The notes under the pieces are model-generated. The model searched no databases. It saw nothing but the letters and a program-made list of their open reading frames with translations, and was not told the DNA's origin. The translations under genes and the position numbers were made by a program. Positions 34,657-54,316 of a DNA stretch of 64,000 nucleotides are shown here, one piece after another. Positions within the stretch are counted from its first letter, which is position 1. Every line of letters starts with the position of its first letter. This DNA is from the human T2T-CHM13v2.0 reference genome, Homo sapiens. Where the stretch lies: the NCBI RefSeq assembly GCF_009914755.1, contig NC_060927.1. The stretch is one strand, 5' to 3'.

Positions 34657-35735
34657 GGAGGTTTGGTCTAGTAAAAACCTAAGAACTTAAGACAATTAGC
34701 TTAACATCTCACAAACAAATGTAGTCCCACTTCTTCATGTTTACCTGGCAAAGCAAAATGGGATCACATTATATTCTACACTACCCTATCAATTCAAATG
34801 ATAAATGATTTATTTAAAAAGTGTTCTATAAATTTAAGTGCAAGCTCCTAATGAAAAGCTTCTTTGTGTGCACAGCTGTGACTTTGTAAACCCATCTTCA
34901 GGTTCTTTCTTTACTCTGTCCAGGCACATTTACTTCTGATTCCATCTTTGCTCTCTGATTTCCCTTTGCATTTGTACTTTAGATCTTCCCTTGTTTCTGT
35001 TAATGCTTTATACCAATTTGTATTTTCCAGGACTCAATCTCTCACCATGGCAGCCTCACTTCTGTTCACTTCCATTCCCATATGTTTTCAGAAATTAAAG
35101 TCAGACAAAATCCTACAGATAATTCAACTAATCTACTTCATGGTTGAAATTTTGTATGCATCACTTTCTGTTCTCTCTCCATCTGCCACTGGTCATAAAA
35201 TTCCATGTCATGTAATGCTCCAATACCTCATCATAAAAATTGAGGTCTATTTTGTTTTGTGTACTTTCAGGAAGATATCTTAATAAGGATGAAGTGTCAC
35301 ACGTTGACACTCTTTGCAGGCTGTTCATTTAGAGCATCTTTCTTAAATATTTATTATGTATCTAGGTAGTAGAAGCAGTGGGTGTCAGAAAGGTTTATTT
35401 ATTTATTTATTTATTTATTGTAAGAATAATAAATTTCCATTTGAGGGAAATTTAAGAAAGTTAAGAAGTTGAAATATTTGATACAATCCAGGTCAACACA
35501 GGAAAATGGTGAAGTCAGAGAATCATTTCTTTACTTTGGTGTCCTTGCCCATATTATGCCCATTGTCAGCAACTGTAACCACTTTAGTTTCCTTGCCCTC
35601 TGAAGTTCTCAACGTCAGAAACAAGTAACAGTTAGGAATCATTCATTCTTGTGTCTTGAAAAGCTGATTACATTTTAGTCTGAGTAAGATATATTAAAAA
35701 TGTGCCTCTCATACTTGTCCATTTTAGTCTTTGCA

Positions 35736-36109
35736 TGTATATTAGTCAGGGTTCTTCAGGGAATCAGAACCAGTAGGAGATGTGTGTGTGTGTGCGTGTG
35801 TGTGCGCATGTGTGTGTGTATGTGCATGTACACACACGTATATCCACACCCAGAGAGAAAGATTTATTATCAGGAATTGGCTTACACATTATGGAGGCTG
35901 ACAAGTCCTAAGATCTGAGGTTAGCAAGCTATAGACCCAGGAGAACCCAGGGTTTAGTTCTAGACTCCTGAAGGCCTGCAGTCTTGAGACCCAAGAAGAG
36001 TTAATGTTTTATTTGAAGTCCAAAGGCAGAAAAAAAAAAAAGACAAAAAATAAAAAATAAAAAACAAAAAACCTGTGTCTTAACTCCAGGCAGTCAGACA
36101 AGAGAAAAT
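35736..36109 (-). mobile_element. MLT2 (ERVL) LTR, left part, with (TG)n tract
   Basis: tattagtcagggttct...gatttattatcaggaattggcttacacattatggaggctgacaagtcc. Confidence 0.85.
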
Positions 36110-36113
36110 AACC

Positions 36114-37306
<1,193 letters not shown>

Positions 37307-37311
37307 GTAAC

Positions 37312-37555
37312 TAAAAACCTTCCTTGTCTTAGACTTTCTGTCATCATACTTTCTCACTCCCTCCATTTCACTGTCGGAAGTAACTCAGATTATTCCTTTA
37401 AAGAGTTCTTTTCTAAACAACATCCAAATATTGTTGTTTCTTGAGGATTAGCCTCATGCCCTCTTTATTTCATTCTCTAAACTCTTCCCCCGGTTGCCTT
37501 GTCTACTTTCATGGCTTTAAAAGCCATCTTTATGTAGATGTCTTCTAAATTTTAA
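37312..37555 (+). mobile_element. L2 fragment
   Basis: catggctttaaaagccatctttatgtagatgtcttctaaattt resembles L2 ORF2. Confidence 0.65.
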
Positions 37556-37926
37556 AAATAATTTTAGATTCAGGTTCAAATTAGATCTGAATTTTAGATT
37601 CAGATACTCATTTTAGATTCAGGAGGTACATGTACAGGTTTGTTACCTAGGTATAGTGCATGATGCTGAAATTAGGGATATGATTCGTCTCATCACCCAG
37701 GTACTGAGCATAGTATTCAATAGTTAATTTTCTAACACTAGGCCCCCTGGATTCCTCTCCCATATAGTAAGTCCTCATTGTCTATTGTTGACATCTTTAT
37801 GACCATGAGTACCCAGTGTTTAGCTCCCAATTATAAATGAGAACACGTGATATTTGCTTTTCTGTTCCTGCATCAATTTGCTTATGATAATGGCCTCCAG
37901 CTGCATCCATGTTACTGCAAAGGTCA

Positions 37927-38307
37927 TGTAGTAGGCTATTCTTGCCCTGCTATGAAGAAATTCCTGAGACTGGGTAATTAATAAGAAAGCAGGTTTTATT
38001 GACCCATGATTCTGCAGGCTGTAGAGGAAGCATATGGCATCTGCTTCTGGGGAGTCCTCAGGAAGTTTCCAATAATGGCAAAAGGTAAAGGGAGTACAGG
38101 CACATCACATGGCAAAAGCAGGACTGAGAGAGAGGAGGGAAAAGGTGCCGCATACTTTTAAATGACCAGTTATCATGAAAACTCACTGTCATATAGACAG
38201 CACCAAGCCATGAGGGATTCACCTCCATGATGGAAATACATTCCATTAGGCACTGAATAACAATTCAACATGAGATTTGGGCAGGGACAAATATCCAAGC
38301 TATATCA
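37927..38307 (-). mobile_element. MSTA-like MaLR solo LTR
   Basis: TG...CA; ctgagactgggtaatt...ttctgcaggctgtagaggaagcat...caattcaacatgagatttgg; degenerate 5-bp TSD ggtca/gaaca. Confidence 0.85.
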
Positions 38308-38628
38308 GAACAAAATTTCATTCTTTTTGTGGCTGCATAGTATTCCCTGGTATATATGTACCACACTTTTTAAATCCAATCTGCCACTGATGGGCACCGA
38401 GGTTGACTGCACGTCTTTGCTTTTATGAATAGAGCTGTGATGAACGTAAGAGTTCATGTGTCTCTTTGGTAGAATAATTTATTTTCTTTTGGATATATAA
38501 CCTGTAATGGGATTGCTAAATCAAATATATTTTCTGTTTTAAGTTCTTTGAGAAATCTCCAAATTGTTTTCCACAGTGGCTGAACTAATTTACATTCCCC
38601 TCAAGAGTGTATAAATGTTCCCTTTTCT

Positions 38629-39138
38629 TATTGAGAATAGGCCCCCAAATCTGGCCATAAACTGGCCCCAAAACTGGCCATAAACAAAATCTCTGCAGCA
38701 CTGTGACGTGTTCGTGATGGCCATGATGCCCACGTTGAAGGTTGTGGGTTTACCGGAATGAGGGCAAGGAACACCTGGCCCACCCAGGGCAGAAAACCGC
38801 TTAAAGGCATTCTTAAATCACAAACAATGGCATGAGTGATCTGTGCCTTAAGGACATGCTCCTGCTGCAGATAACTAGCCAGAGCGCATCCCTTTGTTTC
38901 AGCCCATCCCTTTGTTTCCCATAAGGAATACTTTTAGTTAATCTGTAATCTATAGAAATAATGCTTATCACTGGCTTGCTGTCAATAAATATTTGGGTCA
39001 AACTCTCTCCAGGGCTTTCAGCTCCGAAGGCTGTGAGTCCCCTGATTTCCTACTCCACACTCTGTATTTCTGTGTGTGTATCTTTAATTCCTCTAGCACC
39101 ACTGAGTTAGGTTCTCCACAACTGAGCTGGTCTCAGCA
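38629..39138 (+). mobile_element. MER9 solo LTR (HERV-K9/HML-3)
   Basis: ggcccccaaatctggccataaactggccccaaaactggccataaacaaaatctctgcagca; exact 6-bp TSD ttttct at 38623-38628 and 39139-39144; aataaa in U3/R. Confidence 0.88.
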
Positions 39139-40685
39139 TTTTCTCCACAGCCTCACTAAAATATGTTGTTTTTTGACTTTTCAATAATAGCCATTCTGAC
39201 TAGTGTGACATGATATCAAATTATGGTTTTTATTTGCATTTCTCTAATGATTAGTGATGTTGAGCATTTTTTCATATGTTTGTTGGCTGCTTGTATTTCT
39301 TTTTTTGCGAAGTGCTTGTTCATGTATTTTGCTCATTTTTATTGGGGTTATTTGTTTTTTGCTTGCTCAACTGTTTTAAGTTCCTTATAGATTCTGGATA
39401 TTTGTCCTTTGTCAAATGCATAATTTGTGAATATTTTCTCCCATTTCATAGGTCATATGTTTACTCTACTGAAAGTTTTTCTTTGCTAGCAGAAACCCTT
39501 TAGTTTAATTATGTCCTACTTGTCAGTATTTGTTTTTGGTAAAATTAAGGCAGAAATACAGCAATTCCTTGAAATAAATGAAAGTGGAAACACAACATAC
39601 CTGAATTTCTGGGAAGAATCAAAAGTGGTGTTAAAAGGAAATTTTAGCGCTAAATGTGTGCCTCAGAAAGTTTAAAATAGCTCTAATTAATAATCTGACA
39701 TCATACCTAGAGGAACTAGAAAAACAAGAACAAATTAACCCCAAAGTTAGCAGAAGGAAAGAAATAACTAAAACTGGAGCAGAACTGAATGGAATTGAGA
39801 CCCCAAAATTCATGCGAAAAATCACTAACTCAAAAGTTTGTTCTTTGAAAAGATAAAAAAAATTGAAAGACTGCTAGCTAGATTGACAAAGAAAAAGAGA
39901 GAGATCTAAATAAGCACAATCAGAAATGACAAAGGTGACATTACAACTGATCCAACAGAAATAAAAACGATCCCCAGAGATTATAATAAACACCTCTATG
40001 AACACAAACTAGAAAATCTAGAGGAAATGGATAAATCCTTGGAAACATACAATCTCCCGAGATTGAATTAAGAAGAAATTGAAACCCTGAACAGACTAAT
40101 ATCAAGTTCTGAAATTGAATCAGTGAATTTCAAAAAACTATCAACTAAAAAACTCTGGACCAGATAGATTGACAATCCAGTTCTACCAGATATACAAAGA
40201 AGAACTAGTACCAATTTCACTGAAGCTATTCCAAAATATTGAGCAGGAGAGACTCCTCCCTAACTCATTCTACAAAGTCAACGTCACCCTCATACCACAA
40301 CCTAGCAAAGACAAAATGAAAAAGAAAAATACAGGCCAATATTCCTTATAAACATAGACACAAAAATCCTCAACAAAATACTAGCAAACCAAATTCATCA
40401 GGACATCAAATATTTAATTTACCATAATCAAGTGGTATTCATTCCTGGGATGCAGGTTGAATCAACACATACAAATCAATAAATGTGACTCACCCCATAA
40501 ACAGAAGTAAAAACAAAATCCATATGATCATCTCAACAGATGTGAATAAAGCTTTCAATTAAATTCAACATCTCTTCATGATAAAAGCCCTCAAGAAACT
40601 AGACATTGAAGGAACATACCTAAAAACAATAAGAGCCATCTGTGGCAAACTTACAACAAACATCATACTGAATGGGCAAAAGCTG

Positions 40686-41392
40686 TGAAGACTAAGCTCT
40701 GATTTTTTTTATCTTGCCCAAATTCCTGTCTAAGGGGTCTGGAGAGTCATGCCCTACAAACCATAAATTCTCATCAGATGGGTTTTATTTAACCCTATAT
40801 ATTGTGGCTTACTTTCCAATCTGACTCTGGCATAACATTATGTGACAAAGAAGAAAGTCAAAATATTTTACCCCAAAACACGTTTCTTTGCCATATCTTG
40901 AAATGGCCCTGCAAAGCTATCCTTTGTGGGGGGAAAATTTGCATCTGTAAAGAATCTCTATAAACATGGCAGCCACTATAAGACTTAAAAAGAACCTTGG
41001 TCTCCACAATCTTTTATCTTAACCTAAGCATTTTCTTTCTATGAATCCCAGGTCTTTAGACAAACTCAACCAATTGTCAACCAGAAAATGTTTAAACTTC
41101 CCTAAAGCCTTGAGCACGCACCAATTACCAACCACCCCCCACCCTTGCCCCGGGCCCATCACTTTGAGTTGTCCCACTTTTCTGGACCAAACCAATGTAT
41201 TTCTTAAATGTGTTTGATTGAAGTCTCATTCTTCTCTAAAATATATAAAACCAAGCTGCTGTAGGGCCACCTTGGGCACATGTTCTCAGGACCTCCTGAG
41301 GGCTGTGTGATGGCTGTGGTCACTGTCACTCATATTTGGCTCAAAATAAATCTCTTCAAATATTTTACAGAGTTTGACTCTTTTCATCAACA
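40686..41392 (+). mobile_element. MER4-group ERV1 solo LTR
   Basis: TG...CA; ctaaggggtctggagagtcatgccctacaaacc; end catatttggctcaaaataaatctcttcaaatattttacagagtttgactc; 4-bp TSD gctg/actg inside L1 ORF2. Confidence 0.85.
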
Positions 41393-42432
41393 ACTGAAAG
41401 CATTCCCTCTACGAATTGGAAAAACATAAGTATGCCCACACTCACTACTCTTATACAACAGTAATGGAGGTCCTAACCAGAGCAATCAGGCAAGAGAAAG
41501 AAATATAAGCTATCTATATAGGAAAAGAAGGAGTAAATTGTTTCTCTTTGCTGACAATATGATCCTACAGCTAGAAAACTCTAAAGACTCCACCAAGAGG
41601 CTCTTGTGACGGATAGATGACTTCAGTAAAGTCTCAGATACAAAATCAATGTACAAAAATCAGTAGCATTTCTATACACCAATAAAGTTCAAGTTGAGCA
41701 CCAAATCAAGAATAAAATCTCATTTACAATAGCTGCAACAACAAAAAAGTTCCTAGGAGTACATCTGTCTAAGAAGATGAAAGATACATACATGGAAAAC
41801 TACAAACACGCTGCTGAAAGAAATAACAGATGGCACAAACAAATGGGAAAATATTTCAGGTTCATGTATTAAATGAATTAATATTGTTAAAATGGCCATA
41901 CTTCCAAAACCAATCTACAGATTCAGTGCTATTCCCATCAAACAACCAATGACATTTTCCACAGAATTATAAAAACTACTTTAAAATTTGTAGGGAACCA
42001 AAAGGAGTCCAAATAGTCAAAGCCATCTGAAGCAAAAAGAACAAAGCTGGAGACATCACATTTCCCAACTTCAAACTATACTATAAGACTGCAGTAACCA
42101 AAACAGCATTGTATTGGTACAAAAACAGACACACAGACCAATGGAATGAAATACCGAACCTAGAAATAAAGCTGCACAACTACAGTTATCTGATATTTGA
42201 TGAAGTAAATAAAAATAAGCAATGGGAAAGGACTGGACTCTCTATGTAATAAATGGTGCTGGGATAGCTGGCTAGCCATATGCAGAAAAATGAAAATGGA
42301 CCTCTATTTTTAACATACAAAAATTAATTCAAGATAGATTAAAATTTCAGTGTAAGACCTCAAACTATTTGACTTCTAAAAGACAATCTAGGAAACACCA
42401 TTCTGGACATTGGCCTTGGTAATAAATTTATA

Positions 42433-42658
42433 AAAATTTCCCTTTACTTTTTACTTGAAGGAATGCCAGCCTTTCATTTTACCTAGGGCTTCAACTAGTA
42501 GTATGTGGTCTGCCTGAAAAGGCAATATGCTTTACTTAGTCTACCCATCAACTGGCTGTTTCATCCAGGAACTCCCTCACAGGCACACTTAGAATAATGA
42601 TTGATTAAATACCTGGGCACCTTCACAATCACATTGACACATAAAATTCACCAGCACA
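42433..42658 (-). mobile_element. MLT2 LTR, right part
   Basis: ccctcacaggcacacttagaataatg...ttgacacataaaattcaccagcaca is the MLT2 terminus; picks up where 35736-36109 stops. Confidence 0.8.
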
Positions 42659-45600
42659 ATGTGTGCATGCATTAAAAATAATGTCAGATATTTATAAGTT
42701 AGTTGAATTTGAAAAGAGCTGAGAATAATCTAAAATTAGATTTAATGGTAAACCCCTTTTTTCTTACTTTTTCTTTCCCTATCTTCCTTTCCTTTCTTTC
42801 ATTCAACATAATTTATTGGGACACTACTAAGAACCAAAAATACTTGGATGAATAGAATATAAACTATTACTATAAATTCTACAAAATACAATGAATATTA
42901 TGAAAGGCTTTAGTCAAGTTTTTGTGGAGTCTCAGAAGAGAATGACCCTAACTCTGTATAGAGATGCCAGAGTATTTTTCCCCAGGGCATAAATAGAAAA
43001 GGTCATTTAAGAGAGAAGAAGCTTCTCCCAACACTCAGCTTTTCCCAACAGTTAAGAGCTTTCTATTTTATGCAATGGCATTTGAACTTTGTCCTATATG
43101 CAAGTGGAGTCTTAAAGGTATACTTAGCATAGAGAAATATCATAATTATGAATTTTAGAAACACACCTCTGCCTGGGGAGTGGGGAAGTTGAGAACAAAC
43201 TGAAGAGCATATTGAAACTAAAGGCTTATGAAACCTGTTTTTTTTTCTGTAAGACATTGTAATAATCAAGGTAAGACACAAAAAGCAAAAATGATAATGA
43301 CAAAGAAGAGACCAAACTAAAATAGACTGATACAGAAGCACAGTGATACGGATATAAATGCTAAAGTAAATGAATGAATCTCTGCCACCCATATTTCTGA
43401 ATTGAGCAGTCACATTAATCAGGAAATCTTTTGCCAAAGTGAAAGATTCAGGAAGGGAAAGGTTTTGAAAAGGCTAGGTAACTAGTTTAATGATGGACAC
43501 TTGAGTTAAATAACATGAGTTGGTGGGTATTCTGTAGGAACTCACCAGAGAATTTGTAATTGTGACTATGGATAAGGTTGATGAAGGAGAGTATATAAAG
43601 TGACAAGAGGGGAAGGCCAATAGTACAACCTCAGGGAACACCAACTTTTGTGGGACAGGCTGCAGAAGAAAAATCAAGAGAGAGACTGAGAAACAGAGAT
43701 AAGAGTGGTAAGAAACGCATGAAAAACAACCCCCCCAAAAGTGATGCAAAGCAAAGAAAATGTTTCCAGATTAACAACGTTTCAGTGTAGACATGTTGGA
43801 CATTTCAAGAAAGAGGATGACTAAAATCATGTTTTGATATTGCTTTAGATTTAATCTTAGCAAAATATTTGCACAAAGGTGTTAAAGATTATGCAAATAT
43901 GCAGGGAATCAAGAGTGGGAGGTGAAGGATGAAGAAGAACAAGGAAGACAGACTATTGTTGGGAATGAATAGGTTAAAGTCAGAGAGTGATATAAAGTTG
44001 AGGGATAGTATTCATTAAAAATGGAAGAAAGATCAATGGACTCTATTTTAAGCCTATCTCTTTCCTCTCCTCCCTAATTATTGCATGGGCTCCATGAATC
44101 CTCATTGGGTTAATTCTCTGTCTCTGGACTCTGATTAATTTTTCACATTTTCAAATAGATTTAAAATATCTACTCAATATTTAATGATACATTGGTTAAC
44201 AATGCCTTATCTGGTAACAATTTTCAATAACATCATATTTTGGCAACAAATTCTCTGTTACTGATATTGACATTTAAATTTTTTATAAAGAAGAAAAAAT
44301 AACATTCAAACAAAGATAAAATTTAAGGGTCTTAGCTACTTGAAACTGGCTGATCATCAGTGACTATGTCACCCTACATCATTCCAAACTGATATAGCAG
44401 ATGTATCTTGAGTCCCTAGAGAGTCTGAAAAGGAGAATTAAAACAATGCCTGTTTTTTTTTTTATTACTGAGACATATTGCAAACAAGGCTGTTTTCCTC
44501 ACTTCTAAACATCTATGGCCACCTTCCATTTGTTAACTTCATTTTGGAATGGTTTCATTACTCTTATATATTTATTCCTCCATGCCTCCTTCTTTTGGCT
44601 GCCCATGTGTTTAAACCCATTTTCTAAAAGAATGTTTTGTTTGTTAAGCATGGCTTACAAAATAAAACGTACAAACTACAGCCCTAAAATGAATAAAGGA
44701 TTTTCCCTCCAGTAGCCACTTTTCCCTTTATATGTCCTTTTTGCAGTAATAGGCAGTGTTAAGTGAATTGAGGTTTCTGGATTTTTCTTTCATGACATTA
44801 TATACCTTTTTCCCCATTAGAAAAGTAATTTGTATCTAGGGATTAAAAATACAGTCATTGCTTTGACATATATGTGTCAGTTAGATATTTCCATCCTAAA
44901 TTAGGCAAGAGTTGGAGAGACATACACTTCTAGCTTTACATTCTCCACATGGTATAACCCAGGAGTGGGAGTATTTGAAACCCAGAGAATAAAAATTGTC
45001 TCACATTCAGCGTGAATTGAGTAAGTTGGGTGGCAAATTCTTACTGTCATACTTATTTGTTCTGATATACTTGTCTGGAATACATCATTTCCCTGTTGTC
45101 ATTGCTTTAGTTTAGAACTTTGGTTGCTGTGTTATTATTGTATAAGGCAATGCTTCTTTGAACCTATATTTAGTGTCCAGAATTTTTGTTAAAAAAGCAG
45201 CTATTTATGTGCACAGTCACTCAATGTATAGTGTGTGAAAGAATAAGGAGTAATTTAGAAGCAAAGACATATGCTGTTATTCTGCAAGGAGCAAAAGATA
45301 TTTCTGGAAAATCTATTTCAACAGGGGACTTAGGAAGCTCGTCAACTTATAGCCATTGCTAAATTCAGTAAACAAGCTGTTCTCCATCAAAATATTTAGG
45401 AGACAGTAGACAAAAGGATGTCCTTACATTTTTTTTAAAGAGTAGTTAAGACATCTGACTCAAACAGTGAACCACAGGGAGAGCGATATTGCTGAGGAAT
45501 TGAAGCTTATCCTTGTAGTATATTCCATGAAAAGAAAACAGAAAAGGATACTATGAAAAAATATTTAAGAGGAAAACTATCAGTAAACTATTTCATAAGT

Positions 45601-47045
45601 AAATAGAAGACTCTCTTGATTTATTTAGAATTTTGATAGTAAAATTATTTCTTCTAAATATACTTACAATTTAAAATATCTTTATACTAATCAAATTTTA
45701 ACTGAAAAGCAAACAATGAAAATTGTTTGACTCTGTCATCCTATGAAAGGAATTAGCTATAGAAAAAAGTATGAAAAGTACTAACTGGCCACATAATCTC
45801 TCATTTTCATAGAAAAGTTCTCATTTTAATGTCATATAGTCAATTAAGCAATTTAATTATAGAGTAGTTAAAACAATAACTAATGCAAAAAATAAATCAT
45901 GGAATAAAGCAATAGAATAGAACTGCTAAAATTTTGCATGAACCACATTTAGATTTGAATTTGACTTACAAATAAAGACTTGTGCATGAAAAGGAAAAAT
46001 ACTTCAAGCTTTTTTCCAGCCTACACACTAATATTTATGTGTGAATTAAAACTACATTAAATAAAATAAAAGAGCTAAATTGACCTGACAAAATTTTTAA
46101 TGTTTATTTTAGTATAAAATAATAAGAAACAGTTATATTTATTTTATTTTGATATGCCAATTCCAAGCTGTGGTGAAAATAACATATTTTAATATACTGT
46201 AATACTCATGTATTTAGAAAAATCTTAAGTAATCTTTAATATAAAAATTAGAATGTTCATATTGAAATATGTGTTCAGCATCAACAATCGCTTTATATAA
46301 ATAAGACTAACTATATAAAAATATGTTGCACTTAAAAAGAAAAATCAGACACTTAATTATAGAATAGCTAACAGGATATTTTGAACATAATATATTGGAA
46401 AGAATAGCTTACCCAAGTGGCTAATGCAGGTACTACAGGATTTATGAGGATGTTTATTATTTATCAGAGAAATATGATGGATTTTCTTTTCTGAATCCAA
46501 GACATAGAATTTTTTTCCATATGTCTTGCAAATATGATTAAAGAATAATTTAAAAATCACAGCAATAGCATGTACATATTGTTTGCTTTTGTAAAAAATA
46601 CATATAAAGACCTCTAAACACATTTTCCAAAGATTTTTGTGTGTGTGCTTTGTGTTCTCTAGGCTTCTGAAAAAACAAAAACAAAATTTAAAGCTTGAGG
46701 TCTAAATTATAAAGCAATATAATAAAGTAAATATAATTGATTTACATTAGTTTTTAAACTAAAAGTAAACTATCAGTGTTTATAAATTTCTTGTAGGTGA
46801 ATCTGTCCTGTCTAAAATGTCATTCATCAATTAGACTGTTATCCTTGTCAAATTAATATTAATGTGGTTTTGACATTTCTAATTCTCATTTATACGCTAT
46901 CCTCAACCCCCATAGGAAGTATCTAAGCATGCTAATAATTAGCCATACCCTATAATTATAGAATTTGAAACTGAAAAGCAAATGCACATGATACTTATAG
47001 CAGCAAAATAATAATAATAAAAGTTATTTATACCGTATATTATTA

Positions 47046-47393
47046 CATTCATGCTTCCCTTAGTAAAGAGAACATGGTCTAAGAAATTTGTCTTTAGAAA
47101 ATTTTGTTGTAGTGTCAACATTATGGGGTGTACTTACACAAACCTAGATAGTATAGCCTATTACGCACTTAGGCTATGTGATATAACCTATTGCTTCTAG
47201 TCTACCAACCTGTACAGCATGTTACTGTACTGAATACCATAGGCTATTACAACACAATTGTAAGTACTTGTGTACCTAAACATATCTAAATATAGAAAAT
47301 ATATAGTAAAAATACAGTATTATAATCTTATGGTACCCCCATTGTATGTGCTGTCTATTGTTGACCAAAATATCATTTTGTGGCACATGACTA
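47046..47393. mobile_element. Tigger3a/Golem-type non-autonomous DNA transposon
   Basis: gtgtacttacacaaacctagatagtatagcc...aacctgtacagcatgttactgtactgaata...cacatgacta. Confidence 0.85.
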
Positions 47394-49047
47394 TATATGC
47401 AGAGAAATTAAATTGTTTCCCAAAAGTACACAAATACATTTAAATGGCCTAAATGACATCCATTGAAGACTATTCATATATGCAGTGTATCAGTACACTG
47501 CATTAAAATATTTATGTCATTTTTTGGCTTGGATTCAGGTATTAATAGTCTTAATTAAATATTTCTGTAAATTTGTCTGCTCTAGGATCCTACTCTGTTA
47601 ATAAAACTGATAATTAGTTTGTGTACTTGGCAAAATGTTTCTCATCTTTCTTGCAATCTATAAAGTGCAATGTAGAGATCTGGGTTCATGTTCTTGGCTT
47701 TGAGAAAAGATAGGATGGAACTAAATTTGAAAGACATCTGTAGAATGATAAGCCTAACTCTGAGGAGATAGGGTGGCTGCAAGACCTTAACATAACCAGT
47801 AATAATGTATGTATACTGACCTCTTAATGGGCTGTTACTGAACTTATGTGGAAATGAATCTTACTTAAGTGATGCCACATTTTCCTTAAGAAAGAGAGCT
47901 TGGGAAATTAAAACAGCATGATGTTCCGATTCCTATCTATTGTGTTTTGCTACTTTATTTTTAAAGTTAACAATTTTTCCAGTCTGTAATTTTAATGTCT
48001 AATGAACATGTTATAAATAACTTTATTTCTTCTCTCTCCAGGTATTTAATTATTAAACAGCATAGTGGTCTTTGTACTATTTTCCTTTTATATTTTATAA
48101 TGATATTAACCCTGCTAGGACAATTATTTTAGGTATTGTCCCCAAAGTTCATGTAACTCATTTTAACATAAAATTAGTAGTCCTCACAATTATATGCTTC
48201 TTCAACACCATCCATCTTTAATAGTTTAGCGTAGGTGAAATCTACTGACATTTAAAGTGTGATTCATGCTACTTGCATTCCAGGTAAGGGTATTGTCTGT
48301 CTGCCTGTCAAATACGCCCTTAACCTTGAACTCAGCTGGATATCCTTACCCTTGCACTTCACTGTATATAATACAGTCTATGTAGAAATTCAGATACCTG
48401 AAATAGTCCCAATGCCTTTATTTCATGGAATGCTGAAATGTTCTCATGGCTCTCCATAGTCATTCCTCCTCTGCAATGTTTCATATGGACTTTCAAAATA
48501 GAAATAAAAAGATGCAGAATTTAGATTTAGTTAATTTACATAAGAAAGGCTTTCCATGTCAATTATTATACCTTTTTTTTTTTCTCTCAAGATTGAAAAG
48601 GTCTGGAAGTGTAAGTTGTCATTATTTCTTATCTAAGCTAGGCAAAAAACATCAAATGGAGTTAGTACAAACTAAGTTTTAAAAAATGTATACATTCACT
48701 TATTCATTCAATTGTTGAATTTAAATAAAAGTCTATCAATTTCCAGGAACTGAGAAAGTCACTGGAATGTTCAGCAAATCACTTGAATTTTAATTCTGTA
48801 ACCTTTAATGACTAAATTTATAGAAAACTGGGGTGATCAGAGAAGAAAGTAAAAAAAAAAATAAAAGATCACATAGTAGGTACTAAGTAAATAGTAAGTA
48901 GTAATGTAAACTTTTCAGAATAATGGTTAAGAGTACAGATTTAGTGGTATTCACTGGCTGTATGTACTTAGACAAAATATAAAATGAAAATATAATATTA
49001 TCTTTCTCATAAAATTGTTGAGGTTTCAATGACTTAATATATATAAA

Positions 49048-49270
49048 GTAGTTTTCCCAATCTGTGGTTTTGCTTTATGCAGTCAACTATGGTCTGAAAG
49101 TCTTAAATTAAAAAATCTAAAAATAAACAATTTATAAAATTGTGTGTGATCTTGAGGAGCATGATGAAATTTCACGTCATCCTGTTCCATTTTGCCTTGG
49201 ATGTGAATTACCCCTTTGTCTAGCATATTCACACTGTAGTTACTACCTGCCCTTAGTCGCTTAGTAGTTA
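49048..49270. mobile_element. MER44 (Tigger7-derived) fragment
   Basis: catgatgaaatttcac...gatgtgaattacccctttgtctagc...ttagtcgcttagtag. Confidence 0.7.
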
Positions 49271-50245
49271 AATGTCTTTTTAAAAATTGGGAATACAAAT
49301 GGACAGTTATGACTTTTATTAAATTACTCTTTGTGATTGCGTTAATTATTTGTACCATGAAATTCCAAGTAAAGTACAAAGAAGAACAAAGGAAACATGT
49401 TTTATACACAAAAAAATCAGAGAATTATTTTGAAGCAGTTGTAAAAATATGCAGCAATAATAGGGAATTTCTACTTTTGTGTCTTATCATATGTTCTCCC
49501 CTTATATAACCTCACCAAATGGTCTGATATTGTTAGTTTACACATATTTGATTTTGTTTATTATCAGAGCCATTAGAAGCATAAAGACAACATACCTATT
49601 TTTGGGGAACTTATTCAGTATTTCAGAGATATTTATAATACATATCCTTTGTAAAGTTTTCACACCTAAAACACATGATATTTGTATGGAAAATTTAACT
49701 ACTATGTAGTTCTATATTAATAAATTGCTGTTAATTAGTTTTAGGAAACTAATGGTATGATGTTATTTCTGGGGTTTTCCAGGCTGTAGGATTTTACTGT
49801 TTCAATTGATCTCCTTCCTGTAACTCTTACAATTAGATTACTGAGAGCTAAGGAAAAATAAACAACTCAGTTAAATATATCTTTCAAACATTTTTAAATG
49901 TTCACACTGAATCCTAATTTCTTTTATGTTGCAATCTTATGTGATCGATACAATAAGTGCCTTCGAAGATGTTACTTCACCTCTGTCCCTGGAAGTCTGC
50001 ACCTAAAGTGCTTTTATTATTATTATTATTATTTTTTATTATTATACTTTAAGTTTTAGGGTACATGTGCACATTGTGCAGGTTAGTTACATATGTATAC
50101 ATGTGCCGTGCTGGTGTGCTGCACCCACTAACTCGTCATCTAGCATTAGTTATATCTCCCAGTGCTATCCCTCCCCCCTCCCCCCACCCCACAACAGTCC
50201 CCAGAGTGTGATATTCCCCTTCCTGTGTCCATGTGATCTCATTGT

Positions 50246-54054
<3,809 letters not shown>

Positions 54055-54233
54055 TATGATGTTAGCTGGTTATGTTGCTCGTTAGTTGATGCAGTTTCTT
54101 CCTAGTGTTGATGGTCTTTACAGTCTGGCATGATTTTGCAGCAGCTGGTATCGGTTGTTCCTTTCCATGTTTAGCGCTTCCTTCAGGAGCTCTTTTAGGG
54201 CAGGCCTGGTGGTGACAAAATCTCTCCGCATTT

Positions 54234-54316
54234 GCCGAGATGGCGCCACTGCACTCCAGCCTGGGCCAAAGAGCGAGACTCCATCTCAAAAAAAAAAAAA
54301 AAAGTAAAAAAAAAAA
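54234..54316 (+). mobile_element. Alu 3'-end fragment with A tail, no TSD of its own
   Basis: gccgagatggcgccactgcactccagcctggg...gagactccatctc(A)n. Confidence 0.93.

Larger units (their letters stand above)
37560..42432 (-). mobile_element. Old primate L1 (L1PA13-16/L1PB-like), twin-primed: 3' part on minus (37560-39540), ORF2 on plus (39541-42432); hosts three LTRs
   Basis: 3' end ttttagattcaggaggtacatgtacaggtttgttac; orientation switch at tttttggt|aaaattaaggcagaaat; the plus block ends just upstream (in L1 coordinates) of where the minus block begins. Confidence 0.9.

Noticed and set aside
42660-49990. Short ORFs in the AT-rich unique region
   Set aside because: 60-124 aa, low-complexity I/F/L/K-rich translations typical of random AT-rich DNA.
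54234-54316. Independent 5'-truncated Alu insertion into the L1
   Set aside because: It has no TSD, sits exactly at the inversion junction and is followed by non-L1 unique DNA; transduction explains it better.
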